Source: a virus
Lineage: Duplodnaviria; Caudoviricetes
Strand: one strand, 5' to 3'
DNA length: 46,295 nucleotides
Virus record (IMG/VR): IMGVR_UViG_3300012942_000012
Coordinates: 1 to 46,295 of that record
In this document: positions 44,633 through 46,295 of the stretch, piece by piece
How positions within the stretch are numbered: position 1 is the stretch's first letter
Layout: each line of letters starts with the position of its first letter
The notes under the pieces: model-generated
Told to the model about the DNA's origin: nothing
Databases searched by the model: none
The model's input: only the letters and a program-made list of their open reading frames with translations
Position numbers and translations under genes: made by a program

Positions 44633-46295
44633 TGACGCTGCCTAACGGGGCAGGCGGTCTGAGCTCGGGGATCCCGTTCGGCGTTACCGGAAGCGACGGC
44701 TCGGCGTCGACAATCGCCACCCGCACCCAGGACAACGTCACCACACAGCTCAAGCAACAGGTCAAGACGTCGCCGGGCTGGAATGGAGCCTCGGCGAACA
44801 TGTTCGCCGGCCTCAGTCCGAACGGGTCGACACCGTTCCCGCTGCTGCTGCTGCAGGCGATCGGTGCAGTGCTGGCGATCCCCGGAGAACTCCTTCAAGA
44901 CGTCGAGGGTGCATTAAGCGCCATCGGTGAGGCGATCAAAACCGTTGGCGCCGACCTGGAAAGCGCGGTCATCACCGTACTCAAACTGCTCGGCCTGGGC
45001 GCACTGCTGGGATCGACCGGCAGCGGCGGCGCCGGCAGCAGCGACCCGGACACACTGAGTCAGATCGACGCGCTTCAGCAATTCCTCGGCAAGCTCGGCA
45101 CCGATGAACCCGTATCGACGAGCATCCTGTCGAAGATCGCGTCCACATCGGCGAAAAACGTTCTGTCCAACCCGACTTTCAACACCGGATCCGGCATCCA
45201 AGGGCAGGGATTGTGGTGCTGGGACGGCTGGATCGGTACCGGCGCGTTCAACGGCGTCAACTCCTCCATCCGCACCGTGCGCAGCGGCGTCGTGGTCATC
45301 TACAACATCGTCGGCACCACCCAGGGCCAATTCATGTTCGGTGGAGAACCCATCAACACCGGCGGCAACGGCCAAATCATGGCCTACCTGCGCGACCCCG
45401 ACTACCACTTCCTCGTCGACTGGGCGCTCACCGGCACCGACCCCACCTACGTGGAATGGATCAACGTCCCCTATCCCGCCGCTCAGTACCCGATGGGCCC
45501 CAGCGTCCAAGCCGGGGTGACCTGGCTGATGAACCAAATACGGCAAACACCAGGGCCGTTCATCATGATCGGGGACAGCCAAGGCTGCCAGGTCGCCGCC
45601 GGAGTCTACGATGAGCTGCGCTTCGGAAGCATGCAGGATCGAAACTCAGACCTGCTCGGCGTTCTCGCGTTCGGCAATCTGCGCCGCGAAGCCGGCCACA
45701 CCTTCCCCGGCTACCCCGACCCCGCGCCGGGCACCAGCGGCATGTGCGACGTCTCCATCATGACGACCGGACCCTACAAAGGATCCGGCAACTTCACCAA
45801 CCCGACCATCGGCAACCTCATAGACACCGATAGCCGTTGGTGGGACTTCTGTGTCGCCGGCGACTACTACGCGTGCTGCCCGATCGACGGCAGAACCGTG
45901 ATACCGCCCGCGGAAACGGTCGGCGGCAATGCGGGCTGCATCGCCGGCATCCCCGGCGTGCAGCTGCGGCAGTTCTACACCTTCATCAACCAAGCCTATG
46001 GCGGCGGCAACACCATCCTGTCCGATGTCATCCGCTGGGGCCTGAAATACGGGCTCGGCGGCGACCTGGCGATCCTCGAGGAATTCCTCGGCTCGGTTAT
46101 GGCCCAGATCACCAACCTCGGTTTTATCAGCAGTCCGCACAACTCCTACTTTTTCGCCAAACCGTTTGAAAGCAAGGGCGATGACCGCACCTTCATCCAA
46201 GTAGGTATCGACTACATCAACGGCCTTGTCGCCCAAGCGGTCGCCGACGGCCGCGTCAACCCGCCAGCCGCCGGCGAAGAACGCCAACTGGCCGG
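44632..46295 (+). CDS. Large minor tail protein, 5' part, containing a LysB-like esterase domain
   Basis: ATG 44632 (TGATG), open to the window end and continuing through the terminal repeat; GDSQG at 45571-45585, GNLRR at 45673, DYY at 45862, PH at 46135-46140; missing from the ORF track. Confidence 0.85.
   Translation, partial: MTLPNGAGGLSSGIPFGVTGSDGSASTIATRTQDNVTTQLKQQVKTSPGWNGASANMFAGLSPNGSTPFPLLLLQAIGAVLAIPGELLQDVEGALSAIGEAIKTVGADLESAVITVLKLLGLGALLGSTGSGGAGSSDPDTLSQIDALQQFLGKLGTDEPVSTSILSKIASTSAKNVLSNPTFNTGSGIQGQGLWCWDGWIGTGAFNGVNSSIRTVRSGVVVIYNIVGTTQGQFMFGGEPINTGGNGQIMAYLRDPDYHFLVDWALTGTDPTYVEWINVPYPAAQYPMGPSVQAGVTWLMNQIRQTPGPFIMIGDSQGCQVAAGVYDELRFGSMQDRNSDLLGVLAFGNLRREAGHTFPGYPDPAPGTSGMCDVSIMTTGPYKGSGNFTNPTIGNLIDTDSRWWDFCVAGDYYACCPIDGRTVIPPAETVGGNAGCIAGIPGVQLRQFYTFINQAYGGGNTILSDVIRWGLKYGLGGDLAILEEFLGSVMAQITNLGFISSPHNSYFFAKPFESKGDDRTFIQVGIDYINGLVAQAVADGRVNPPAAGEERQLA
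46173..46295. repeat. Terminal direct repeat, copy 2
   Basis: Identical to 1-123. Confidence 0.95.

Overview
The window is a complete, circularly permuted temperate mycobacteriophage-like siphovirus genome. Bases 1-123 repeat exactly at 46173-46295, giving a circle of about 46,172 bp. Gene order: minor tail genes; lysis cassette (micro-TM peptide, papain-like peptidase, LysA, LysB, holin, two membrane proteins); a leftward accessory block; an arm-less tyrosine integrase; a repressor with the attP core (tRNA 3' half) inside its 3' end, i.e. integration-dependent immunity; Cro; early genes (WhiB, ParB-like, DUF2303, DUF5131, replication initiator plus iterons); HNH; terminases, portal, scaffold, capsid, tail genes with a -1 frameshift chaperone; tape measure; minor tails. 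The most notable observations are: (1) three tandem small accessory genes whose stop codons each lie inside a repeated Xer/dif-like site, suggesting an integron-like cassette array; (2) a ~1562-aa tail protein spanning the contig junction that carries a second, intact LysB-like esterase nested inside a CBM-like domain; (3) a papain-family cysteine peptidase translationally coupled to LysA; (4) a 31-aa lipoprotein with an 11-residue mature form; (5) repeated domain-within-domain insertions in structural proteins. All family assignments come from motif recognition by eye; no searches were run.
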